Below are positions 1-12,058 of a DNA stretch of 64,000 nt, piece after piece (position 1 is the stretch's first letter; every line of letters begins with the position of its first letter). Under the pieces are notes generated by a model. It saw only the letters and a list, made by a program, of their open reading frames with translations. It was not told where the DNA came from and made no database searches. This stretch comes from Hormiphora californensis. Its lineage: Eukaryota > Animalia > Ctenophora. The stretch spans positions 496,001 to 560,000 of the forward strand of contig CM035356.1 of assembly GCA_020137815.1 (NCBI GenBank). The letters are read 5' to 3'. Made by a program: the position numbers and the translations under genes.

Positions 1-3000
1 AGTGAGGAGGAATTCAGGAGAATGACACAACACAGGTAACCAGGGGGTAACCAGGTGGTAACCACTAACCAGGGGGTAACCAGGGCAGGGGTAACCGTGG
101 GGAAACACATGTAACCAGGGGTAACTATGGGGAAACACAGGTAACCAGGGGGTAACCAAGGGGTAACCAGGGGGTAACACAGGTAACCAGGGGGTAACTA
201 TGGTAACCAGTGGTTAACCATGTTTTATTCATCAGTATTTTCGAGTGCCAGGAAGCACTTTATAACATGACTGGAGAGACGAAGGCAGTTTTTGAAACAG
301 TAATGGATGAGACGTGTATAAAGGAGGACAAGTTTACCTGCACCAGAATCTACAAAACTGAGTTTCCTGCATCAAAACAGGTAAATCATTCATTTCAAGT
401 TCCTTCAATAAACTCTAACTTTACAGCTATTGAATATTGATTGAAGTCACTAGTAGGCCCGTTCGCCCTACGGGCGAATTTCGGGGAAATGGTAGCTGGA
501 TTAGGGAACGCTGACATCACCTGCACCATCCGTCCCTACCCATGTTGGTGTACGCTCTGGGCTTCCTGACAATGTCAAGGTGCGAATTTAAGAGATCAAG
601 GGAGGTGCAATACTGTTCCAGAAACTCATCACGTGAAAACTTGGCCGCTATGTAGCCGATTCGGAGATTTCTATATTCGACTTGAGTAATCGCCGTTGGG
701 CGACGTTGGGTAAAGCTATCAGTAGTCGTTGATTAGCTCGCTTGAACACGTTGGCGTAATCTGTCATATTCTCTAGCCTGCTCCCTGACAGCAGCAGTTC
801 ACAGCTGCAGACCTAGATAAACGTTGCTGAATAGCGCTTAGGGTGGAAGAGCTAGACATCAGGACAGAAGTAAAAGAATGCACGTGCAGAATTGAATTTC
901 CCCTTGGTACCCAACTGCAACCGGGAGAGAGATCTCCAAGTCCCTCTAATAATTGCACGTGCAAGTGTAGTTGTTAGGTGACGTGTGTCACACAATTTGC
1001 TTAGTAAGTAGTATGATGACTTATACCTGATCAATACTATAAACATTATGTTATGAACGAACAATAACAGTGTTGTTACCCCCCCCCCCCCTCAGATCAG
1101 TAAACAGTGGTTGTGTAATGTTGATTCCCTTGACTGTGTGGCTGAGGAGCGGCCCCAGAAGGTTAACAGCTGCTACCAAAGTCAGGCCTGTTACCTGGAC
1201 TCCATGAGGTGTGATGATATCCCCGATTGTAAACCTGGTAGTGATGTAAAGGGTGCTGACGAGAGATCCTGTGGAGATAAAGTAGGTGTGGTAGGTCTTT
1301 AGATTTGAAGTTTGGAAAAGTTTTCATCTACAGTAATACCGGTCCCCCTTCTCTCCCTCCCGGTTTCCCTCCCGGTTTCCCTCCCCTTCCCCTCGAAAAG
1401 TATCATGCCCAAATCCAATAGTTTAACGCACGTCATCTGTGTGTTTAGAGTAACGTGTTGCGGTGCAGTGGGAAAGAGAACAACTTTGTGGATGATGACT
1501 TTGTTTGTGATGGTTATAATGACTGTGATAACAAGGCAGACGAGGCGTTATGTGATAATGATGTCGATGTGAGTTGTATTTTCTATTCGATGGGGAGGGA
1601 CAGAACGATGAAATAAATAAATTAAATGATTCTTTCTCCAGAGAAAGTGGGGAAAATTCAACTAACAACTACAATAATTTTCAGAGTGCAGACATGGGTA
1701 CGTGTGAGGATGTCTCTCAAAACAGAACCGTGTTTCTTTACAACTACATAAATAATACAAATGGGCTGGTACCTCAAGCGGTAAGAGTTCTTTGTCGTGT
1801 TAATCCCCACAAACTAATGAATTAATTTCAAATTACACCAATGATTAACCACTCCCCCCTAGAAATATGATGCAATAGGGATGAAGTGCCACTGCGAGGA
1901 ACTGTATGGGATTCACTACCTTGCTGCTGTGTGTAGTGATGCCCCTGATCAGTGTACGGGGGACAAGGCACACTTGTACAACAACACTCTGTGTTACCCT
2001 AACAACGCGGGATTCTGGTTTACCAACACGTAAGAGCTGCATAATAGTTCCCTCCACTTTATCGTATCGGTTTATTCAGACTGATAGCTAACCTAGATGA
2101 TCTAACTATCAATATCTTCTAATAACTTGATAGCTACCTAGACGACTCTCTTAATCATCAGCCAGTTACGAGCCGTCTAACTGTTATAATCCTCCTTCCT
2201 AGATACGAGTCTAACTGTTATAATCCCCCTTCCTAGATACGAGTCTAACTGTTATAATCCCCCTTCCTAGATACCAGTCTAACTGCACCTCTCTCCTCTA
2301 GATACGAGTCTGACTGCACCTCTGCACTAGATACGAGTCTAACTGTCCCTCTCCTCCCAGATACGAGACGATGTCGAGGGAGAACGATACTTGTTTAGCG
2401 GGAAGTGATACGTTAGTGTACCAAAGGGATAGCTACAATGTATTTGTTAGGGAATACTCCTCGGACATAATGATATACGATAGAACGGTATACTGCAAGA
2501 AGACAGAGAGTCGAAGTAAGCTAAATTGCAGTGTCTCAAAATAGTAAAACTGATGCTAGTAAATTTGCTTTTACTTTTTCCTTACCCCATCTCTCCCTTT
2601 TTGTATCCCTAACACCCTCCCCCCCCCCTAGAGGATGGTAGATGTGGTGCTCCAATTAGCAAGATGTGTGATTTCCAGAATGATTGTGGTGACTGGAGTG
2701 ATGAGAAAGATGATGTGTGTATCAACAACTTCATGTGTACTAACGGGGATGATTCTATTAGCAAAGTTATCAAACTACCCAACACCTGTAATGGTGAGCT
2801 GCTGGTACTGTTCTGTTTGTGTGTTATGTTTGTGTGTGTTATGTTTGTGTTCTGTTTGTTTGTGTTCTGTTTGTCTGTGTTCTGTTTGTGTGTTCTTTTT
2901 GTGTGTTCTGTTTGTGTGTTCTTTTTGTGTGTTCTGTTTGTGTTCTGTTTGTGTGTTCTTTTTGTGTGTTCTGTTTGTGTTCTGTTTGTGTTCTGTTTGT

Positions 3001-6000
3001 GTGTTCTGTTTGTGTTCTGTTTGTGTTCTGTTTGTGTTCTGTTTGTGTGTTCTGTTTGTGTTCTGTTTGTGTGTTCTGTTTGTGTTCTGTTTGTGTGTTC
3101 TGTTTGTGTTCTGTTTGTGTGTTCTGTTTGTGTTCTGTTTGTGTGTGTGTGCCGACCCCATCTTCAAACACGACTGACGATGAATACTTTCTCACGCTGT
3201 TGACGTCACATACTGCTTTCCTCATGGTGTGACGCAGGAACCGACCGAATCAGGAAATACTTGTCCCTGATTGGCTGATATCCAGTCACGTGACCTAAAT
3301 AACGAGTTCTGATTGGTTGTTTACTTGTTTCGGTCGGTTCCTGGTGTGACGTTATAACTACTTTCCTCATGTTACATCATCTTCAGGTGTATCAGACTGC
3401 AATAACGCCCAGGATGAATGCCTGGACATCTGCAATGATGGTATCCTGACCAACACTAAACAGATTCTTGGTTCCTGGGGCATGTTAGTTGTGGTCTGGG
3501 TGTTTGGAATTGTCTCCTTCTTCTTCAATCTCTACATGATAGTTGCAATGTCTTGCTCTGCCCTGGCAGTACTAAAGAAGATGCCACATCGGTTCATCTA
3601 CAGGATCCTTGTTGCAACTATCGCATTTGGTGAGTGCTGTAATTTGTTTCTCAAAGGATGTAACTCAATTCATATTCCGGCCTGAATTGAATTCAGGCCG
3701 GAATACATAATACAGCCCCACCGGATAATACCGGATAATACTGGTACCAGCTAAAAGGGAGTTAATGGAATTTCAAAATATTTCTCATGATTCACAATTT
3801 ATACCAAACACACATGTTCACAAGACATCTTGTTCCGATTTTTCAACATTTACCGGTATATATTGGAGGAGTTTGATTGGTGATTGTTTCAGGTGACATT
3901 CTTGTCAGTATCTATCTGGTAATTCTGGCAGTGGTGGACTCTTCGAGAGAACAAAACTACTGTGAGGTATGTATTACGAGTATAAACTGCCCCTGGTTGA
4001 AACTCGAATAGTCTCCTTACCCACTTGATATACGTCGGGATACGTCATACCCCCATTTCATTCCTGTCAAATTCCGCTTCTGTGTAAAAACTAGGCACTG
4101 TTAGGAATGGCCGACACTAACAATTTTTTTGTTAGTGTTTTTTGTTAGTGACGTCACTAACAACAAATTGTTAGTGTTTTCACTAACAAAAAACACTAAC
4201 AAAAAAAAATTGTTAGTGTTTTCACTAAAAATTTTCACTAACAAAAATTTTGTTAGTGTTTCTAATTGGGGTGATGGTTATGAGATACGATTCAGGGACG
4301 CCATATTGGCAGTGTGAGACGATACGGGTTATGGAACATGATTCGGTGAAGCTTATTAGGATGGTTAGGCGACATGAGACACGATTCGGGGAAGGTTTTC
4401 TTCGTTTTTCAAGTAACGATACATGGAAAATGAAGATATTTGTGAGTAGACTTTAAATGTGGACAAGTTATTTGATTTGTGTTTTTAGTTTTATTCTCTT
4501 GAAATTGGTGTATTCCTTCTCTACTAGACAAGGAATTTCAAGAGAATCATACTATTATCCTTATTATAAAGTACAAATGAGTGGCGTGATGATGTCCTAT
4601 CCACACGTGCAAATAGAGGGGGTTGCCATAGCCCAGCTACGCAGCGGGTGATTGAAGGCTGCACGTGCGGGTTGGTGCAGTGGGTGAGAGGGGTGCTCCT
4701 GGGTGAGGGGGCGGGGATTCGGGTCAACGGGTGCTCTACTTCAACGGGTTTTCTAGTCTTAATTAAAAGATGCAAATGAGTGGCGTGATGATGTCGTATC
4801 CCACGTGCAAATAGAGGGGGTTGCCAAGGAGGTGCCATAGCCCAGCTACGCAGTGGGTGATTGAAGGCTGCACGTGCGGGTTGGTGCAGTGGGTGAGAGG
4901 GGTGCTCCTGGGCGAGGGGGTGGGAATTCGGGTCAACGGGTGCTCTACTTCAACGGGTTTTCTAGTTAAAGCAAATAGGGAAATCCCATGTCCCGTTTTT
5001 TTAACCAAATATGGCACAAAATTCCTGGAAATGGCCTTTTGCACGTGTTGTCCCTGGACCCTGGCAACCTGCCAGCTTGAGCCTTAAACTGCACGTGCAT
5101 CCTTGATTCATCTCTCTGCCGGTTGTGTGATTTATCGTTTGCTCGATTTGATCTGTTCACCACGTTTCTTGAACATGACTACTCAACTTCAACACAATCG
5201 CCAGCGAGTTTGGAGGACCCATATGTCCCAAACTGGCGCTGACGCCTATAGACTACGTGATCGAATCCTACAAAAGAGGTGATTATTATACAAAAAATGT
5301 TTTCAACACACGCAATAACAAAGTATCAATGGCACTAACAAGAAATGACAGTAATACGTGAAAGTATTTTGCCAATGTACTCCTTCATAAAATACTTCAG
5401 GACCTGGCAAAAGAGGACCCGTGGTTTTTCTGTCAAAAGAATCCCTTTGGTTAATTCACCTGATAAATTTACTGATTTTAAAAATTTCAAATGATACTAC
5501 ACTATTTGCTTAGGTTACTGTATGACCATTGACCATCCCCGACATTCGCCCGTAGGGCGAGCGGGCTTACTAGTGAAACTAAAACACAAATCAAATAACT
5601 TGTCCACATAAGTCTACTCACTAAAAACACAAATCAAATGACTTGTCCACATTTAGTTGCTCTGTCCAACAATTGGAGTACAATACGAACCGATTACATC
5701 ACCATATGATCCTATCACCCTGCCACACGAACCAATTACCACACCATATGATCCGGTTATCAAACAGACCGATTACCACTGCACTTGAGGTATCACGTAT
5801 CGGCATGAGGTACACCGAATCGTGAGCAGTATCCCGTGTCAGTTGATATTGTATTAGCAGTTCCACCGCTAATGAGGTACACCGAATCGTGAGCAGTATC
5901 CCGTATCGGGGTCAGTGCTCACGATTCGGTGTACCTCATTAGCAGCGGAACTGCTTACAATGTGAACTGATACGTCGGTATCCCAGTATATCACTCCAAC

Positions 6001-9000
6001 CTGATAATGAGGAAGTGAACTTACAAGAGAGTTTACAGGCCCATTGGACGGCTCTTCACACTCTTCCCCGACACCATACACGATCGAATGAACGAACCTG
6101 CCACAAAATCCGCCAAAATGGCAATATCTCAAATGGAGAGCCTTTCAATTACAGAGCTGGACAGAGCAACTAAATGTGGACAAGTTATTTGATTTGTGTT
6201 TTTAGTTTTATTCTCTTGAAATTGGTGTATTCCTTGTCTACTCACAAATATCTTCATTTTCCATGTATCGTTACTTGAAAAACGAAGAAAACCTTCCCCA
6301 AATCGTGTCTCATGTCGCCTAACCATCCTAATAAGCTTCACCGAATCATGTTCCGTAACCCGTATCGTCTCACACTGCCAATATGGCGTCCCTGAATCGT
6401 ATCTCATAACCATCACCCCAATTAGAAACACTAACAAAATTTTTGTTAGTGAAAATTGTTAGTGAAAACACTAACAAAATTTTTGTTAGTGAAATTTGTT
6501 AGTGAAAACACTAACAATTTTTTTGTTAGTGTTTTTTGTTAGTGAAAACACTAACAATTTTTTGTTAGTGACGTCACTAACAAAAAACACTAACAAAAAA
6601 ATTGTTAGTGTCGGCCATTCCTAACAGTGCCAAAAACTATTATATTTCCAATCACCATAGCCAACCACTTCGTGCCCAGACGTGTCATTTTACCTTGACC
6701 TGTCATAGAAAGGGGGCAAAACTGTCACAAGAAAATCCGACGGCAACATATTACCTCATTTTACAGTTTAGTTATTATGAGAATATTCTGAAGTCAATAT
6801 ATTACCTCATTACAGTTTATATATTATGAGAATATTCCGAAGGCAATATATTACAGTTCATTATACTCGCCAGGTAAAAGAGAGTTGGTTGACCAGTACG
6901 ACCTGTGTGGTAATGGGTGTTCTATCGACACTAGGGAACCATGTGTCAATCTTTGCAATGCTGACACTCAGTTTCTTCCGGCTGAAAACAGTGGTTAACT
7001 ACCTTTGGCCAAGGTCCCTAACCTCAACATATGCAATCAAGTAAGGCCCCGATTAGTTGACTAACTGGGGTGGAACAGACTACTAATCTCCAAATTACTC
7101 CAACAATCTGAGCGCGTTTTCACGTATCGGGGGGGGGGGGGGGGGTGTCGCTACCTGGTTGTGCTGATATTTGCTCCTCTGGAGCGATCTCAGGTGGAAT
7201 CTGCTAGATATTTTATTATAATAAAATATCTAGCAGATTCCACCTGAGATCGCTCCAGAGGAGCAAATACTATAGTTTATGCAGTATTCGAGTATTTAAC
7301 CACTGTAGTAAAACATCTTCGTGCGTAGTTGAGTAATCAACAATTTGTGCGAAGAAATTCTACCTCTCCATTGGTATAATTTAGAATTAGAAAATTGGTA
7401 GTTTATTTGAAATTATATTACAGTAGCTGAGGTTTAAATATAAAGTATTACAGTTTAAATAGTTTAAACTGTCTCGATCTAAGATCAACCACCTAACTGC
7501 CGACTTTGCTTCGGCGGAACGAAGTAAGAAGCCCGACTTAAATAATAAGAATCGTGCTTCTTCCACCCTTGGTACCCTGTTGAACTAGCTACCAAGTCTT
7601 GTACAATAACCCCCCATTCTACAGGATTGCTACAGTTATGGTTATCTGTATAGTAACGTGTGCCTTTATAATCGCTACTATACCACTAGTTGATGGGCTG
7701 AAGGACTACTTCGTATCAAGGTAAACACACCAATAGTATTGGTTTGGGTTGCTGTGACGTTCCAACTGAAACCATTTTCCATCACACAGCTAGCACAGTA
7801 CCAACCCGTGCCAAATTTAAAACTTACATTCATACTATCCTGATCCCCCCCCCAGGTACTACTTCCCTAATCGGCGGGGTGCATTTGGTGATGGCAGCAA
7901 GGAAAAGATCAAGACCACCCTAGAGAACTACAACAACGCAGCAAATCTAATACCTGCTACAGAGTTGGCATTGATAACTAAACACAGCTCCTGGGACGAT
8001 ATAATGAACATGACAACTTTCCTATTCGATGGGAGTAGTCTGCCCACTGGTCAGAAGAGTTACTCTTTCTACAGTTCACATGGGGTGTGTCTGTTTAACT
8101 ACCTCAACAAATCAACCAATAACAGCTTCGCTTTTGTTATATCCATCATCACGGTATGTTTACAGTAACAACACGGGGGAGCGAGTTGTTGAGTAAGGGG
8201 TGGGTCTCTCACCCCTTACTCAACAAGGAGCGAAGGGAGGGAGTTGTAACTTATATGATTTATTAACTTGGTAACTAGCCCATATATTTTCCAGGTTAAT
8301 ATCGTCTGCTTTCTCGCCATTATATTTTCCTACCTCTACATCTGGAAGATAGGGACGAACAGTAAAAGTACAGAGAGGCAGCTTCATAAGAAACTTTCCA
8401 TTGCTGTATTTCTAAACATCATCTGCAGGTGTGTAATGGCTATTGCCATATATTCTTGTTGACTACAGGACCCTTTGCTCAACAAATATATTGGATAACT
8501 ACGGATTTTAATTGTGCTAATTTCCTTTCCTAACACCCCCGCCCCCTCTCAGGACGCCCCTGTTTATCATGTGTGTAACCCATGCAATAGACCTTGATGG
8601 TGACGCAGCAGCAGCCACAGAGAAGTGTACTGGAACCTGCCTCTACTATCGATACATGAGTGTCTTTGTGATACCAATCAACAGTGTACTTAATCCATTT
8701 ATTAATTGTGAGGTAATTAGATAATTAGTTAGCTTCATTTCATAACTTTCTATGTTGGGATGTTCCTAGGTTTGCATTGAGCGGTTTGCATTGAGCGGTT
8801 TGTAGGTATGCTATTCGTATGAGTTTTAATGCTGGCCCGACGCCCGTTTACTATTTTACCTTAGTGACAGGTTGTGCGACAGGTTGTACTTTCATGCGAC
8901 AGGTTGTACGCTAAAATTAGAATTTAGATAGACGCTGTCAGGTGTGACAGGCATCAGTTCAAATATTTCAGTATAAGAACTCGACTATTTTAGACTTTCT

Positions 9001-9363
9001 TAAATTCAAACTCTGACATTTGAAAAAGAGAATATGTTTTATAATAGTTGCGAACGAAAAGCGTCGTACAACGTCGTGGACATGAGTGCTATGGTTGATT
9101 AACCAGGATTTTGGTCTCGCCAGCAGGTGTTAGTTAGTTAGATAGTTGGATGGTTGAGATAGTAAATGCCTGGGAAAATATGAGTTTCTAACTCTCCACT
9201 TCTGCAGGTACCTCTACTTGATCTATTTGGTATACGATACGCCCTGATACGATTGCGGCTGATGGAACCAAGAAATTCGGCACCGACCACAGAAGCGGGA
9301 AAACAGACAGTGGTTTCTACCCTTACAAAGACTATCAGAAGCACAAACACTACCCACTTGTAA
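1..9363 (+). CDS. Multi-exon LDLa-repeat class A GPCR (GRL101/RXFP-like 7TM domain); 5' end lies outside the window
   Basis: GT-AG exons at about 1-35, 236-380, 1096-1280, 1450-1568, 1686-1780, 1863-2029, 2360-2515, 2632-2793, 3387-3628, 3893-3966, 6873-7040, 7625-7720, 7856-8153, 8295-8428, 8553-8713 and 9208-9363. Cys-rich LDLa motifs (CDDIPDC...DE, CDFQNDCGDWSDE, CNGVSDCNNAQDEC) are followed by TM segments with LGR-type signatures: IAFGDILVSIYLVILAVVD, W.TS.TC..MG.LS and VFVIPINSVLNPF. Stop TAA at 9361-9363. Confidence 0.85.
35..220. repeat. GGTAACCA(GGG)-type intronic tandem repeat
   Basis: Degenerate repeated ggtaaccaggg units starting at the splice donor. A short copy occurs at about 34316-34343. 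Confidence 0.85.
450..1016 (-). mobile_element. Non-autonomous Helitron
   Basis: On the minus strand it starts A|TCATACTAC (1016) and ends with hairpin TTCGCCCGTAGGGCGAA followed by CTAG|T (450). No TSD. Both ends match the element at 4547-5573. Confidence 0.85.
2160..2368 (+). repeat. Tandem ~30-bp repeat of the 3' splice site and exon start (cctag|ATACGAG)
   Basis: About 6-7 units such as ccttcctagatacgagtctaactgttataatc, ending in the probable real acceptor ccag|ATACGAG at about 2360. Confidence 0.8.
2808..3150. repeat. GT-rich intronic minisatellite (gttctgtttgt[gt])n
   Basis: Directly visible. It accounts for the overlapping low-complexity ORFs here. Confidence 0.95.
3235..3343. mobile_element. 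hAT-type MITE
   Basis: TIRs CAGGAACCGACCGAA...TTCGGTCGGTTCCTG with 8-bp TSD GTGTGACG (3227-3234 and 3344-3351). Confidence 0.9.
4094..6631. mobile_element. Foldback-like non-autonomous DNA transposon with ~350-400 bp TIRs
   Basis: Ends GGCACTGTTAGGAATGGCCGACACTAAC and its reverse complement, arrays of subterminal TTGTTAGTG/CACTAACAA motifs, and an 8-bp TSD AAAAACTA (4086-4093 and 6632-6639). No transposase is visible. Confidence 0.9.
4547..5573 (+). mobile_element. Non-autonomous Helitron nested in the foldback element
   Basis: A|TCATACTATT start, TCGCCCGTAGGGCGA hairpin and CTAG|T end. Internal ~199-bp tandem duplication with units starting at 4574 and 4773. Confidence 0.85.
7168..7269. 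repeat. Perfect 102-bp palindrome in a GPCR intron
   Basis: tatttgctcctctggagcgatctcaggtggaatctgctagatattttatta followed immediately by its reverse complement. Confidence 0.9.
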
Positions 9364-10801
9364 TAGACTAATCACCTTGGTGACAACTGACAACACTTGG
9401 TGTCACTGTGACACCACAGTTGTTTTGAGGGTGTCATATCAGTTGTCATGACAACATATCTGCATATAGTGTGTTGACTAGCTGGTAATGTGTGAACATG
9501 TCACTATTGATACAGAGAGGGGGCCACGTATGCACCACCTTGCCACGTCACACAGCCGTTCTAGTAGAACTTCTAGTGTAGGGAGGCGGCCATCCAAAGA
9601 CTAGTTGTGAGAGTAGGAGAGTGTGTTTTTATGTTTTTGAATGTTTGGTAATAATGCGATCATGGCAACTGACAGGTTTTTTAAAAGTTTTATGTAAATT
9701 ATTTTATCCTCCAACATGTGTTTGGTGCAAGGCCCAGAGGGTCATATATGTCTAAAAGCGTGATCCAATAGCGGGACTAAGAATTGAGGACACTGTACGA
9801 ATCAGTAATTACCAGTGCAGCAATGGGAGATTGGGAGGTTTTGAAAGTGAAAGGTTAAAGTGAGGTACAATTGAATTGTATAGGTGTGTGTACCAACTAC
9901 GTTTGGTTTTCAAAAGTTCATGTTTGGTGATATGTTTTACCATTTTAAATATAAATTGTTAATAATCATCCTTGAAAGAAGTTTGTCCAAACCAATCATG
10001 ACACCTCTATAAACTGCGGTATGTGCTAGATCAAGCCAGTAGCCACCGAACAGTCATAACCCATTTACCCATATTTGCTCGGCAGATGTGTTGGACCAAC
10101 TTCTTCAATATTCGTCGAGTTTGTGGGTTGTGGCGGGAAATCCGAAATATCAATCAATACAGGATGACGCGCACTTTCTTGACGTGATAAAAGTATGTGT
10201 GGTGCTATTGTCAGCATAACGGAAACGGATGTCCGCGGTGGGAAGTCCATGGAATAGTTCTGGCGGCGCCGGGCATAGTTTTGATTCTCAGATCGAGCCG
10301 GCGCCGCTTGATGCCCTAACTAACAGGTAGAATACAAATCACTGCACGTTTTTATTTTCACCCCTCGACCGGATTGAATCGCACAATACGGGCGATGTAT
10401 CATTCCTTATCAAACAACAAGTCAATTGGACAGCAGCTGTATTAACGTACTACATAGAGTTTTACTATTTAGGTACTGGGAAAGTACCCAAACTAAAAAG
10501 GCTAGGCCCACACTTGGGCAGCCGACAGGGCCAGGGGTCCCCTTTCAGTATGCAGCTGCAGCATTTTATGGTCAATAGCAGACAATAAACAACCCGTTTA
10601 TATTTTTGTTGCCAAATTAAAAACTTTCACTCATTACATGTATCAAACTTTAATATCAAAACGTCCTAAAACAACCAGTCACACACTCTCTAGCAAACTA
10701 AAAATACTTGTAATAAACCCTGGTAAACAAACGAGATCCCATTTTCTTAGGAAGAAACCAGTCTCCTAGAGACGTGTTTCTATAAAATAACAATCCATCT
10801 A

Positions 10802-10942
10802 CAGTCGGACCCCAATTTACCGGGAGGATAATCTTCCCCCGATATAGGAAATTACTAGTATTTAACCCCAATATACCGGGCACCCCGATTTACTGGGCAA
10901 ATCCCTTTCCCCCGAGCATCCCGGTAAATCGGGGTCCGACTG
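10802..10942. mobile_element. Tc1/mariner-pogo-type MITE
   Basis: TA|CAGTCGGACCCC...GGGGTCCGACTG|TA. Same family as 49658-49829, with a remnant at about 25575-25645. Confidence 0.88.
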
Positions 10943-11032
10943 TATAATAATAGTCAGACTATCTGTGAACCTAAATTTTCAACATTTTAACAAAAAGTTT
11001 ATAAATTGCATCTATCAACTACGGTAGTCCGT

Positions 11033-11984
11033 TTATTTGGCACCAAAATCCTTGTTCCATTTCTCGTAGGTAGCCAGTGACTCTCTGTTCACACTGGGTC
11101 GAATAGTTGCCAAACTCTGTTCGAAATCGCCGTACTGAAATTAAACAACTTGTTATGGTTCATAGTATATCAAGAATTTCGATTAACTAATTAATTAACT
11201 AACTAACCCATTAAAAAGTCGATACTATATCTGGGTTACTCTTTTCGTATTTAATATAAAATCATTCACACTCACATTTATTTTCCGAAGAGCATCAGCT
11301 GAAATGTCCTTGACACGACCAGGTCCGACCTCCCTGATGGGTCCCAATGCAGCATCCTGTGCTAGAGCGGTCAGGTCACTAGCACTGTACCACTCTGTCT
11401 TCCTAGGGAGCAAGAAGAGAGTCAGCACTAATGTAGAGAATTGAGGGTAGTAATATTCAATAGGGATAGTGTAAACACACTCCTAAAGCCCCCTCCCCCA
11501 ATCTAAACTGACCTAGCGAGCTGTGCTATTTCATCTCGTGTCAGGGATGATTCATGTTTAGCGAGAAGATTTCTGAAGATGAGGGCCCTTGTTTGGATAT
11601 CTGGGAGGGGCACATAGACACGCTTAACCATCCTCCTCAAGGCAGCATCATCCAAATCTTGTGGTCTGTTAGTGGCTCCCATAACTAGAATCCTTTTGTT
11701 GGGGTCCGACACTACCTGTGGGAATGAAGTGGGTCAGAGAGGGATGTGTCACCGTGTTTTCAACCATAACCTAATATTTTAGTGTGTACTTTTATTTGTG
11801 CGTGTGCTACAGGCTACTCGACCAGTAGCACACATTATTTCAGTATGTGTCTGCCCCCCCCCCACATAGGCTTGTGTTGTGTTAAACGACCTAGACTACG
11901 TATACCGATGTATTGAGTAGAGATTGCGGCACCTTCAGATCCAATATTAACTCGCTTTGAACTCTCTCTCACTCTCTTTCTTTT

Positions 11985-12058
<74 letters not shown>

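Noticed and set aside
2635-3232. Five overlapping Cys/Val- or Thr/Gln-rich ORFs
   Set aside because: Translations of an intronic minisatellite. Only 2632-2793 is a real exon.
4250-6437. Two near-identical ORFs (MLVFLIGVMVMRYDSG...) on opposite strands
   Set aside because: They are the two arms of the transposon TIR and show no transposase motifs.
10065-10320. Short minus-strand ORF between the GPCR and spastin
   Set aside because: No recognisable domain and no convincing exon chain. It cannot be supported without transcripts.
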